The notes under the pieces are model-generated. The model made no database searches. It was given only the letters and a program-made list of their open reading frames with translations, and had not been told where the DNA came from. A program made the translations under genes and the position numbers. Shown here piece after piece: positions 45,790-55,176 of a DNA stretch of 64,000 nucleotides (the first letter of the stretch is position 1; every line of letters starts with the position of its first letter). This stretch comes from Planctomycetales bacterium (GTDB lineage Bacteria > Planctomycetota > Planctomycetia > Planctomycetales > Planctomycetaceae), in assembly GCA_038214195.1 (NCBI GenBank), contig JBBQSE010000002.1, positions 854 through 64,853 on the forward strand, written 5' to 3'.

Positions 45790-47280
45790 ATGAAAATCAC
45801 GCCATCGAGCGTCAAAAATCTCCTGCAGCACGTTACGCCCCTGGCAGCAAATGAGCCACGCTGGTCAATTAGTGTGCGACTGCTTCTGGCCGTGAATGGT
45901 ATTTGTTTGGGGCTGTTGCTGTTGTTTGTCGCCCTTGACTATCGCCAGGAAATGAAACGGACGTTGAGTGACACTCACATCGCATTGGAGGAGGAATCCG
46001 CAATTCTGCTCGAAGCGATCTGGGCCATACAGCACCACGGAACGGAAGGGATACAGGAGTTTGTCGATCAAACGTGCCGAGGAATGGAAAAGACCCATGC
46101 TCGCGGGCACCACATCGTCGTTAAATCTGGCGACAAAGTGATTCAGGCGAACATCCAGGACGGTGCCTGTGAAGAAATGCTGTCCACAATGAAGGACGCT
46201 GTCCAGACACCGGAGCACTCCGGGTACTATGAGGGCCAGAAACTGATTGTCGGAATGGCGTCCGGGCGGAATCTGGATGTCTTCGTGTCGGAATTTATCA
46301 GTGACATTCATGAAGCGCTATTCAGGGAAAGTTTCCGCAGGCTTGGTGGGTCACTATTGCTGGCGATCATTGCGGGCATCGTTGTCAACGTCGTGTTGTT
46401 ACGGATCGTCGTTCGTCCCCTGGCTGAGCTTTCTGTCGCGGTGAATGAAATTGGGAATGGAAACTACGGCGGGCAAGTCAACGACTTTCGCAGTCGTGAA
46501 CTTTACTCTCTCGCACGAGCCGTGAATTTAATGAGCGTCGCGCTGGCCGAGAAGGAAGATCGCCGCCGGACGCAACTGGACAAGGCACGCCGTATTCAAA
46601 GAAATCTTCTGCCTGAACACCATGATCTTTCCGGGGCGACATTCGCAGCTCTTTACACCCCGGCTGAGGAAGTGGCGGGAGACTTCTACGATGTTGTCTG
46701 TCTGGCTGATGGAAGCTGGATCGTCTTTCTGGCTGATGTCACCGGACATGGAATTCCGGCGGCGATGAACGCTACGCTGTTGAAGACACATTTTGAAGAC
46801 GCCTGCGAACGATTCGACAATTTGCCTGACATTGCCCAGCACATCAATCGCCGATTTACTACTCTGAGTTTGTCCGAAGACTTTGCCACTGCGGTCCTGA
46901 TCCGGTTCATTCCGCCGACTCGGACTTTTCAAGTCATCAATGCCGGACACGACGCGGGCCTGCTTCGACGCCGGGACGGACAGAACCGGGAATTTAAGTC
47001 TTCGGGACTCCTGCTGGGAATCATGGAAGACGCGGAGTGGTCGGTGGAAGAATACGCCACGTCTCCCGGCGATCGCCTGCTGCTTTACACGGACGGTGTG
47101 ACCGAGACATTTGACAGTCACAAGGTATTGTTTGGTCGGCCTCGAGTCGCTTCGCTGCTGAACAGCACCTTTGACAAATCCCCCTCTGATGCGCTTCAGG
47201 CGATCGCAAAGGAAGTGAACTCGTATCGAGGAGACGGCCCGCAGTGTGATGATGTCACCGCAATTATGATCGAGTTTTAG
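45790..47280 (+). CDS. Membrane sensor PP2C-type (SpoIIE/RsbU-like) Ser/Thr phosphatase with a HAMP domain
   Basis: TM1, a ~170-aa extracytoplasmic domain, then TM2. HAMP: 'RPLAELSVAVNEIGNGNYGGQVNDFRSRELYSLARAVNLM'. PP2C: 'ARRIQRNLLP', 'VAGDFYDV', 'LADVTGHGIPAAM', 'YTDGVTE', 'DDVTAIMIEF'. The ATG at 45790 is preferred. Confidence 0.85.
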   Translation: MKITPSSVKNLLQHVTPLAANEPRWSISVRLLLAVNGICLGLLLLFVALDYRQEMKRTLSDTHIALEEESAILLEAIWAIQHHGTEGIQEFVDQTCRGMEKTHARGHHIVVKSGDKVIQANIQDGACEEMLSTMKDAVQTPEHSGYYEGQKLIVGMASGRNLDVFVSEFISDIHEALFRESFRRLGGSLLLAIIAGIVVNVVLLRIVVRPLAELSVAVNEIGNGNYGGQVNDFRSRELYSLARAVNLMSVALAEKEDRRRTQLDKARRIQRNLLPEHHDLSGATFAALYTPAEEVAGDFYDVVCLADGSWIVFLADVTGHGIPAAMNATLLKTHFEDACERFDNLPDIAQHINRRFTTLSLSEDFATAVLIRFIPPTRTFQVINAGHDAGLLRRRDGQNREFKSSGLLLGIMEDAEWSVEEYATSPGDRLLLYTDGVTETFDSHKVLFGRPRVASLLNSTFDKSPSDALQAIAKEVNSYRGDGPQCDDVTAIMIEF

Positions 47281-47415
47281 GCGGCTGTTGTTCATCGATT
47301 GATGTTTGCTGCACGTTGGGTCGGCGTCTCCAATTTGAATGCCTCGCAATCGTCGCTATCATGATCGACAGACCACTCATCAGATTCAAAAAACATCAGT
47401 AGATGCATCCTCTCC

Positions 47416-48600
47416 GTGAAGAATTCCAACGAGCTATCAGTGAACGACCCAGCGGAAGAACTTCACACGTTTGTCACGCTGCGAGATCACGTCAGGCCCC
47501 CGACGCCGACGGATGAGAGCGTGCGGCTTTTCTCCGGAAAAGTCTGGCGTTTTTTTCGAACAGCACAGAAAGACCCATTCATCCACGCGGACGGATTACG
47601 AAGGGCCTCGCGACGCAGGCTGAACGATCTGCTCGAATTGCCCGATTACGGAATTCTGGTCCGCGAAATGCAATCAACATTTGAACACTGGGTCGCCGAC
47701 GCTGAGCCGGCGAACTGGCTGCAGTTAGTGGTGCTTCCGCCATGTGACCGCAAATCTCTTGTGCGTGAATGGGCCGTTGAGCACCATCACACGCTTCTGT
47801 CCGCACCTGAGCCAGACGAAATTCTCGACCCGAAATTTGAACCACATCTTCCCGATGTCACTGGCGAAGGCGTCCTTGTGGTCCCACAGCTGGAGCGATG
47901 GTTTCTTCGGCATGAACGGGGACTTCGTGTGGTCAGGATTCTGCTAAAGCGTCTTGCGGCATTGCAGAGACAATGTGTGGTTGGCTGCAACAGCTGGGCC
48001 TGGGAATTCCTGTCAACATTACTAGACGCGGATATGGTCTTTCCCGCCGCCGTGACCTTTCAGTCCTTTCATGCCGAGCGACTCCATCAGCTGTTTGCAA
48101 ATCTTGCCACTCCGGACGACGCCAGAAAATGTTTCCGTCTGTCAAACAATGGCCAGAACGTCTTCGAGAGGAAAAAAGACCAGAGTCAGGTATCAGATTA
48201 CTTTGCGCGACTGGCAGCCCGGAGTCATGGAATTCCCTGGGTGGCCTGGCACATGTGGCGACGCGCGATTCGACTGGGCCCCGAAGACGGTGACAAGACG
48301 GACCAGAAATTTCCGGACGAGGTGACGATTTGGATTACGGAAGCCGACGGATTCGAATTGCCGACTGGGTCCGAAGATTTCGTGTTGCTGGTGCTCCATG
48401 CGTTGTTGATTCACGACGGACTCAGTGAAAAACAACTCAGCGCCGTTCTGCCCGGTATCGATCCCATGCAAATTCTTGCCGCGTTGCTGTCCGCAGAGAT
48501 CATTGACCGACAGGACAATTTGTTTCGCTGCACTCCAGCCGCCTACCCCACGGCAAGAAAACATTTGATCAGCGCCGGTTTTCCGGGGGACAAGCTGTAA
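47416..48600 (+). CDS. Hypothetical protein; degenerate AAA+ (ORC/Cdc6-like) core plus C-terminal wHTH (inferred)
   Basis: Motifs occur at AAA+ spacing. 'VVLPPCDRKSL' replaces the Walker A GPPGxGKS/T. 'VLVVPQLERW' replaces the Walker B hhhhDE. 'CVVGCNSWAW' replaces sensor-1. Also present: 'VTFQSFHAERLHQLF' and the C-terminal 'LSEKQLSAVLPGIDPMQILAALLSAEIIDRQDNLFR'. GTG start. The stop overlaps the MscS ATG. Confidence 0.6.
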   Translation: MKNSNELSVNDPAEELHTFVTLRDHVRPPTPTDESVRLFSGKVWRFFRTAQKDPFIHADGLRRASRRRLNDLLELPDYGILVREMQSTFEHWVADAEPANWLQLVVLPPCDRKSLVREWAVEHHHTLLSAPEPDEILDPKFEPHLPDVTGEGVLVVPQLERWFLRHERGLRVVRILLKRLAALQRQCVVGCNSWAWEFLSTLLDADMVFPAAVTFQSFHAERLHQLFANLATPDDARKCFRLSNNGQNVFERKKDQSQVSDYFARLAARSHGIPWVAWHMWRRAIRLGPEDGDKTDQKFPDEVTIWITEADGFELPTGSEDFVLLVLHALLIHDGLSEKQLSAVLPGIDPMQILAALLSAEIIDRQDNLFRCTPAAYPTARKHLISAGFPGDKL

Positions 48601-49433
48601 TGACGGATGTAAATAACGAAACAAACAAGCAAGCCGTCCGACTGATCAACGATTTCCAGGAGATCAGCTTCGTCACAATCGCCGCAATAATTGTGGGGAC
48701 GTGGTTTGCAATCTGGATTGTCCGCAAAGCGCTGCCGTTTTTGGCGGAGCGTGGTCCCAGTCAGATGAGGCTTTATCTGCTGGGCGCGGTGCCGATCATT
48801 CGCCTGTTGCTCATGACGCTGGCAGTGCTTTGGATTTTTCCGATCATCTTCAACGTCACGTTTCAGAACTTTTTTATCATCGCCAGTGGTGCCAGCGTCG
48901 CGGTCGGATTTGCGTTTAAAGACTATGTGAGCAGTCTGATTGCGGGCGTTGTCGCCATTTTTGAGCGTCCCTACCGCCCCGGCGACTGGGTTGAAATCGA
49001 TGGCGATTATGGCGAAGTTCGTTCCGTGGGACTGCGAGCGATTCGAGTGCGGACAGCGGCAGACAACACGATTACCATTCCGCATGTTCGGATGTGGGAC
49101 AACAATATCTCGAATTCCAACGACGGTTCCCGCACGCTGATGTGCGTCGCCCATTTTTATGTGGCACCTGATCACAACGCCGCTAAACTGCGGTCCGCGC
49201 TCCACGACGTCGCACTGACCAGCGCCTATCTTGAATACGCGAAGCCAGTGGCCGTCATGCTGGCTCAGGAACCGTGGGGCACGCATTACCAGATCAAGGC
49301 CTATCCGTTCGATCTGCGCGACCAGTTTGAATTCATCAGCGATCTGACGGTGCGGGGGAAAGCGGTGATCGCGACTCTCGGAGCGTCTGAGGTCACCGCG
49401 CCGGCCGCCGTCTCACGAGACGTCGCCCGCTGA
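48600..49433 (+). CDS. MscS family mechanosensitive channel
   Basis: Three TM helices, then 'ASGASVAVGFAFKDYVSSLIAGVVAIFERPYRPGDWVEIDGDYGEVRSVGLRAIRVRT..NTITIP'. Confidence 0.88.
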   Translation: MTDVNNETNKQAVRLINDFQEISFVTIAAIIVGTWFAIWIVRKALPFLAERGPSQMRLYLLGAVPIIRLLLMTLAVLWIFPIIFNVTFQNFFIIASGASVAVGFAFKDYVSSLIAGVVAIFERPYRPGDWVEIDGDYGEVRSVGLRAIRVRTAADNTITIPHVRMWDNNISNSNDGSRTLMCVAHFYVAPDHNAAKLRSALHDVALTSAYLEYAKPVAVMLAQEPWGTHYQIKAYPFDLRDQFEFISDLTVRGKAVIATLGASEVTAPAAVSRDVAR

Positions 49434-49504
49434 GTTTTGATTGATCGACGGCACAAATTGCTGAGAAATTCCGCCGCCGCAGTAACCATCTTGCGAAAGA
49501 TGCC

Positions 49505-50095
49505 CTAAGTCTTCCTGACCACCATCTGATATCCGATGTGAATGATCTGCAGACGCTCCGCGAAAATATTAATGAACGAGTCGATCGCAATCTTGGGCCG
49601 GTGCATGGCGAATGTTGGATGCCCCCAAAGGTAGTCATCAAAAATCAACACGCCGCCCGGCTTTAGCAGTCCAAACGTCATACAGGCATCGGTCAGCGAA
49701 TCCCATGCCGTGTGCGATCCGTCGATGTAGGCAAAGTCGAACGAGTTCTCGTGCTTTGACGCAATCAATTCAGCAAGGCGGTGATACGACGTTCCCTTGA
49801 GCGGCGTCACCTGTCGCCCTGGCATTCTAGTCTGGGCAATTTTCACATTGCGCAGGAACCGCCCCTCGCTGCCCTCAACGACGTCATCCGTGTGTTCTTC
49901 GCCGCCCTGCCATGTGTCGATGCAAAACAGGCTGCTGTCCATGGGCATCGCGTGCTCCATCAGCCACACGGCACTACGCCCTTCGAATGATCCGATTTCC
50001 AGAAACTTGCGCCGCTCGGGAATCAGCGGCATGATCTCCCGCCATTTTGCCTCGTTGTCCGTAAACCAATCCTGCGTGAATTCATAATCTTCCAA
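49505..50095 (-). CDS. Class I SAM-dependent methyltransferase (Methyltransf_24/O-MT-like)
   Basis: 'FLEIGSFEGRSAVWL' (motif I), 'FDFAYIDGSH' and 'GGVLIFDDY'. Confidence 0.8.
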   Translation of the reverse strand: MEDYEFTQDWFTDNEAKWREIMPLIPERRKFLEIGSFEGRSAVWLMEHAMPMDSSLFCIDTWQGGEEHTDDVVEGSEGRFLRNVKIAQTRMPGRQVTPLKGTSYHRLAELIASKHENSFDFAYIDGSHTAWDSLTDACMTFGLLKPGGVLIFDDYLWGHPTFAMHRPKIAIDSFINIFAERLQIIHIGYQMVVRKT

Positions 50096-50410
50096 AGTAA
50101 TAAGTCCACAGACTGCTGCGAGTTTAGCTCACTCGAATGCACAACGTCGCAAGGAAATCGCCAATCAGCCGAAGAGTCACCAACAAAGAAAGCCTTCAGA
50201 ATCCCGCGATGACGCAGAAAAATCAAGGCTTCGTGAGCGGAGAATCAGAGATTCGGACAAAGGTGCCGTAGCGGCTTCTCAGGTATTCAAGACGCGACAC
50301 CAGATCCGTCACGCGAGGACGGCCTCGGTCGTGTTGGGCAAATCACATTCAGTTCAGCGTGAAGATCCACAGGTTCGCGGGCAAGGCCATCGAAACGGAC
50401 AGCCTGAAGA

Positions 50411-50441
50411 ATCGCCCATCGACGACACGCCGATGGGCGAT
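50411..50441 (-). terminator. Candidate rho-independent terminator of the Gly/Tyr/His-rich gene
   Basis: Perfect 11-bp stem ATCGCCCATCG / CGATGGGCGAT with a 9-nt loop, 33 nt after the stop. The trailing TCTTC is only weakly T-rich. Confidence 0.4.
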
Positions 50442-50473
50442 GAGGAAAAGATGAATCATGACCACTTGTTTGA

Positions 50474-50845
50474 TCAGTGACGGATACGATCCCAGTGACC
50501 TGTGCGATGCAGGTCATAATGACCGGGAATATAGTCCAGGTGACCACGATGCGGAACGGCTCTCGGGCCGTGATAGTCGAGATGGCTTGTGTCGTGCCAA
50601 GCTCGATGCGTATGACCTCCATAGGCTGGATAGCCACCATATCCCTGAAACTGATTGAACCCGGATCCGTAGGACCGATACCCGCCAAAGTTTCCGTAGC
50701 CGACGGAAACCGAAAGTCTCGGCGACGAGTATCCGCCACCATGACCATAACCGGTTCTAAATCGATGATGCTGAGCCGACGCATCACTGGAACCAACAAC
50801 ACTCAGTGCCAACACAGCACTGGCTGCACACAGCAGACTCTTCAT
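50474..50845 (-). CDS. Small secreted Gly/Tyr/His-rich protein
   Basis: AAGGAG lies 7 nt upstream of the ATG at 50845. Signal peptide 'MKSLLCAASAVLALSVVGSSDASA'. The mature part is rich in GYG/GGY and H (HLDYH..HLDY..HYDLH). Confidence 0.6.
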   Translation of the reverse strand: MKSLLCAASAVLALSVVGSSDASAQHHRFRTGYGHGGGYSSPRLSVSVGYGNFGGYRSYGSGFNQFQGYGGYPAYGGHTHRAWHDTSHLDYHGPRAVPHRGHLDYIPGHYDLHRTGHWDRIRH

Positions 50846-51335
50846 TTCTCTACTCCTTGTTTCTGAAAGGGAAGAAACCGTGGAAATGAACACCTGCCGA
50901 AAATCCGTCGCGCATTTTGTGCCAAAGCTGCAAGATTCTGCGATATGTTCATGGATGCGGTATTTGCTGCATGAGTTCGATCGGCGAACCTCAGGATTGT
51001 TGCGCATCGGACAACAAGTGTCGTCGGTTTGATGTAACATCCATCATCCTACAGTCGCTCCGGCTGCGAAAAACTGCTAAGCATCGAGCGGAAAATAAGT
51101 GTTGTCTTTCGCTCCACGAAAGTTGCGAATACGCTGCTTTCGCGGAGCGAAAGGCGACTCTAAAAAGCCGTGCGATGCTAAGCCCTTTTGGGGAAAGTTG
51201 GCGAACAGGCCCTGCACTTTGGGCCGACGAGAGACTGTCTAAAACGACGGAAAGAGCGACTCGGCAAGTGAATCTGATTTGCGGCACTGTTATCCTTCGC
51301 CTCGAATTTCAGAATCTCCAGAATGAAGGACTGTG

Positions 51336-52259
51336 ATGCAAACCTCTGCTTTTCGCCCCGAACAATTTCGAAGTTCTGTGCTGGCGGTGCCTCCGCTTGC
51401 GCGAGACGCCAGTGAAAAAATCTGTCCGACCGAAAATGCGAAACTTGTGCGACACATAGAGTCGGGAGGCGTTTCGATGCTGCTGTATGGCGGCAATGCG
51501 AACCTGTACCACGTGCGACCGTCCGAGTATGCCGCGATGCTCGAAATTCTGGAGGCCGTTGCCGGAAAAGAGACACTGGTGATTCCGTCCGTTGGTCCGT
51601 CTTATGGGTTGATGATGGATCAGGCGGAGATGTTGAAAGGCACGCGCTATCCCACGGCGATGGTTCTCCCCACGAAGGCTGTCATGACAGAGGCCGGGCT
51701 GATGAACGGGTTCCGGCGATTTGTGGAAGCCTACGGCCGTCCTGCTGTGCTCTACATCAAGGAAGAAGGTTACATCAGTCCGGAAGGCGCGGCAGAACTG
51801 GTCAAAGACGGACTGGTATCGTTTATCAAGTATGCGATCGTTCGCCAGGATCCGGCAGAAGACGATTTCCTTAGCCGTCTGGTTACAATGGTCGATCCGC
51901 AGTTGATCTGCAGCGGGATTGGCGAACAGCCAGCGATGATTCATCTGACGAAGTTTCGGCTGAACGGCTACACGTCCGGCTGCGTCTGCGTAAATCCGGC
52001 TTTGTCGCAGCGGATGCTGGCGGCCATTATCGCAAAGGACTACGACCTGGCGGAAAAGATTCGCCGAGTCTTTTTGCCGCTGGAAGACTTGCGAAACGAA
52101 ATCAATCCGATTCGCGTCCTGCACGAAGCAGTGCAGCTCAGCGGCATCGCAAAGACCGGTCGGCATCTGCCATTACTGTCGGGGATTGCAGAATCGGCGG
52201 CGGACCGCGTGCGACAGGCCGCGAATCAGTTGCTGGCTGTCAATGCTGGCGGCGTTTGA
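51336..52259 (+). CDS. Dihydrodipicolinate synthase/N-acetylneuraminate lyase family (class I aldolase) protein
   Basis: 'SGGVSMLLYGGNANLYH', plus the overall length and pattern of DapA-like TIM barrels. Substrate unknown. Confidence 0.7.
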   Translation: MQTSAFRPEQFRSSVLAVPPLARDASEKICPTENAKLVRHIESGGVSMLLYGGNANLYHVRPSEYAAMLEILEAVAGKETLVIPSVGPSYGLMMDQAEMLKGTRYPTAMVLPTKAVMTEAGLMNGFRRFVEAYGRPAVLYIKEEGYISPEGAAELVKDGLVSFIKYAIVRQDPAEDDFLSRLVTMVDPQLICSGIGEQPAMIHLTKFRLNGYTSGCVCVNPALSQRMLAAIIAKDYDLAEKIRRVFLPLEDLRNEINPIRVLHEAVQLSGIAKTGRHLPLLSGIAESAADRVRQAANQLLAVNAGGV

Positions 52260-52305
52260 AGCTCTGCCGCCTGAACGACCGTAGCCGGATTCGTCAAAAT
52301 TTCCG

Positions 52306-53241
52306 CTACTTGCCGGTCGTACTCACAAACTGCTCAAATGCCTCAACGACGTTCGCTTCTTTTGTGTCGCCGTCGTGAATAAACATGCCATAGCGAATTC
52401 GCAGCGATTCATTTTTTTTCAGATGCACGGGAGCCGTTTCTTCAACGTCGTTGGTGTAGGCGTGGGCTCCAAACGGGCTAATTGAGAAGAGTCCATAGTC
52501 ACGAACATGATACCTTGACGGCCGAAAATTGGACGGACAATCCATAATCGTCACTCCCACTGTTTTTCCATCCACCGTACCGCAATAATCGATCCACGGA
52601 AACGGTTTTCCCCAGCAGTTCTTCGTCGTTTCCGTGCCATCGCTGGCGACGACATGACCGCCGTTCTTTTCCTTCATCGACGGTGCGACACGAATGCCGA
52701 ACATGCCTTCCTTGGTGTCTTCGAACGTCGCGTCCACATGCGATGCCGTGAAGGTCATTTCATAAACCACCAGTCGATTGGCGTGGATTGTGATCACCGC
52801 TTTTTCAGTCACTTGCGGGACCCCAGTTTCGGGATGCCGCCATTCGTTGACGGCTTCAAAGACGCCGATCGGACCACCGGACTCAATCACTCGGAGCGAG
52901 ACGTTCCGAATGGGGCCGTCTTCTTTCCAGAATTTGATGCCGTTGACCTCATCGACGGAATTCCAAATTCCCTTGTGATGGGGATGATCCGCATCTGAAG
53001 CGTCGTTCAGCGCGCGGTTGACCTCCACGCCGGATTGTGTCTTCACCGGCATGAAAAACGGTTTCGGCAGCTCCGGCGAAACCTGGTAGGCTGTAAACAT
53101 CTGGCCATCGATTGTGATTTTCAGGGCGGACTCGGTGGATTCGAACTCAACCTTTTCACCAGCGAAAGCCGGGGACACAGATTGGAAAAACAGAGCAGCG
53201 AAAAATAATGAGGCCGACAAGATGCCACAGTGGAGTTTCAT
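52306..53241 (-). CDS. PmoA-like/DUF6807 family protein (secreted)
   Basis: Signal peptide. 'LPKPFFMPVKT', 'DHPHHKGIWNS' and 'IKFW' are patterns I associate with DUF6807. Moderate certainty. Confidence 0.6.
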   Translation of the reverse strand: MKLHCGILSASLFFAALFFQSVSPAFAGEKVEFESTESALKITIDGQMFTAYQVSPELPKPFFMPVKTQSGVEVNRALNDASDADHPHHKGIWNSVDEVNGIKFWKEDGPIRNVSLRVIESGGPIGVFEAVNEWRHPETGVPQVTEKAVITIHANRLVVYEMTFTASHVDATFEDTKEGMFGIRVAPSMKEKNGGHVVASDGTETTKNCWGKPFPWIDYCGTVDGKTVGVTIMDCPSNFRPSRYHVRDYGLFSISPFGAHAYTNDVEETAPVHLKKNESLRIRYGMFIHDGDTKEANVVEAFEQFVSTTGK

Positions 53242-53490
53242 GGACGGGACTCCCGGATGAGGATGAAGAGTTGGCGGGACGTGGAGCCAGTTAGTCTGAC
53301 AGATGCTAACGGGACAACGGCCACATCGCCACAGAACCAGCCCAGGCGAAAGTCAGACTTTTGCCGCAAAAGCAAAAATTCGCCATTTCTCACGCCAAAG
53401 TGCGATAGAATGCGTGCCAGGCGACGAATGTGCAAAGTCACGTTCTTGGCTTGATGCAGAAGTTTTGGATTTTAAAGGATACTAAAGAGC

Positions 53491-54909
53491 ATGAAGACAG
53501 AGGAAGTCAGCGAAAAATCGACCAGGCAACAGACCGCAGTCGGAAGGTCCCCGCTCTGGAAACGGCGGGCGATTGTGACCACATCCGTCGTGCTTTCCAT
53601 CCTGGCGACCGGTATCGGAGTCGCCCCGATCATCCTGACCGCAACATCGCAGCGAAATCGAATGCTGCAATCGTCGATCGGAAATGCAGAACTCACCGCA
53701 ACTGCGGAGTCTGCGACAGGTGGCTGGTTCGCGCCGCTTGTATTTCGCGACGTCCGTCTGACGGACGCCGACGAACGGTTTGTCTGGACCGTCAAAGAGA
53801 TGCAGACGTCCAAAGGCATGCTTTCGTTCCTGACCGACCCGGTTCATGTCGAGCAAGTTCGGATTGTCGGCTCGTCCCTGACGGTCAAGCTGGATAAAGA
53901 CGGGCGGTGGCCACTTCATGTGAAACCCCGGACATCAAAGAATGAGCTGTCATTTCAAATTGAAAACGGCTCGCTGGCATTAATCGTCCCCTGGCGATCC
54001 GCTCCGATTGTGGAACTCGACGGACTCAACATCACAGGCAACATCGGTCCAGACGCGAATGGACAACGGATGCTCAACATCGATCCGATTCAGGTCTTCG
54101 ACCACGCGCCAATTTCCGAGTCGCACACACAGCAAAATCTGGCCCTGATCGCGCCGGTGCTGTCGCAGTCCACGACGCTGAAAGGGACTGCCTCGGTGTG
54201 GCTCGATGCGATCCACCTGCCGTTGCAGGGCGAACCTGCTGAAGGATCTGTGATATCTGATCAGCCGCAGATTTCCATCCGGGGGCGTGCGGAATTCCAT
54301 AGCCTTGAAGCGCGCCTGAAGGAAACCTGGACACGGCAGATTACCGCTCTGGTTGGTCAAGTTACCGGCACGGCATTACCAGACAAAATTGAAGTGCTTG
54401 AGAACTCAACCGTCGAGTTTGCGGTCAACAACGAAGGCATCTATCATCAGGGAATGTGCTTCCTGCTGCCTCAGATCGCACAGGAATTGACATTTACCTC
54501 GTCCGGCCTCATTCGTCTGGACGAATCGCTGGATCTGCTGCTGACTCTGAACGTTCCCAAAGTCATCCCGGTCGGTCGTCCCTTCCTCGTAATGCTGTCC
54601 CAGCTGACTGATGCACCGATGCAGCTGAAAGTGCTCGGGACGGTCTCAAAGCCGGAACTGCAGCTGCCGGAAGGAATGAATCTGCTCGGCGAACTAACCC
54701 GGCGGATTGCTCCAGCGCAGTACACTGAAGAGGCTCCGCCAGTCACGTCGGCGGTCATCGACCTGTTTCAAAATGTCAGCAGTCAGGATCCGGAACAAAA
54801 AAAGAACGCTCTCCCCGGCAGTATCCTGAATTTGATTCGCGCGGTGGACAAGACGGCGAAGGAAAAGAAAGCCGCAAATAAGGCCGAGAAGAAAGCAGGG
54901 CGGAAGTAA
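53491..54909 (+). CDS. Hypothetical membrane-anchored protein (AsmA-like architecture, tentative)
   Basis: N-terminal TM 'IVTTSVVLSILATGIGVAPIIL', followed by a long beta-rich region. The C-terminal tail is Lys-rich. Confidence 0.5.
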   Translation: MKTEEVSEKSTRQQTAVGRSPLWKRRAIVTTSVVLSILATGIGVAPIILTATSQRNRMLQSSIGNAELTATAESATGGWFAPLVFRDVRLTDADERFVWTVKEMQTSKGMLSFLTDPVHVEQVRIVGSSLTVKLDKDGRWPLHVKPRTSKNELSFQIENGSLALIVPWRSAPIVELDGLNITGNIGPDANGQRMLNIDPIQVFDHAPISESHTQQNLALIAPVLSQSTTLKGTASVWLDAIHLPLQGEPAEGSVISDQPQISIRGRAEFHSLEARLKETWTRQITALVGQVTGTALPDKIEVLENSTVEFAVNNEGIYHQGMCFLLPQIAQELTFTSSGLIRLDESLDLLLTLNVPKVIPVGRPFLVMLSQLTDAPMQLKVLGTVSKPELQLPEGMNLLGELTRRIAPAQYTEEAPPVTSAVIDLFQNVSSQDPEQKKNALPGSILNLIRAVDKTAKEKKAANKAEKKAGRK

Positions 54910-55176
54910 GGCGAGCGGTAGAAACGAGTCTACCAAATACGTGACCCCGCCGAAGGAATCCGACCTGAGACAGGTCGGACTACGTTGGCAGATCTGCATC
55001 CTGCAGCATGGTCAATGGCTATCGGTCGCCGGATACTTCATGTCCGGACGCCCAGCCGCCTCACAACCAAACTCGGAGAGTTCAGGGACTCTTGAAAGGC
55101 ACCGTCCGTTCACTTGTGAATTGCCTCGTGACCCGGAACAATACCGCCTTCCAACCGAATCATTCCGGAGGCAATC

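Noticed and set aside
50287-50802. 171-aa ORF overlapping the Gly/Tyr/His-rich gene in another frame on the same strand
   Set aside because: It lacks an SD or signal peptide. The competing frame has AAGGAG-ATG, a clean signal peptide and a downstream hairpin. The overlap is explained by the low-complexity repetitive DNA.
51309-52166. 285-aa ORF antisense to the DapA-like gene. The same reasoning applies to 55222-56049, 46528-47349, 48543-49286, 629-1147 and 3664-4200.
   Set aside because: All of these sit fully inside better-supported genes on the opposite strand and show no recognisable domains.
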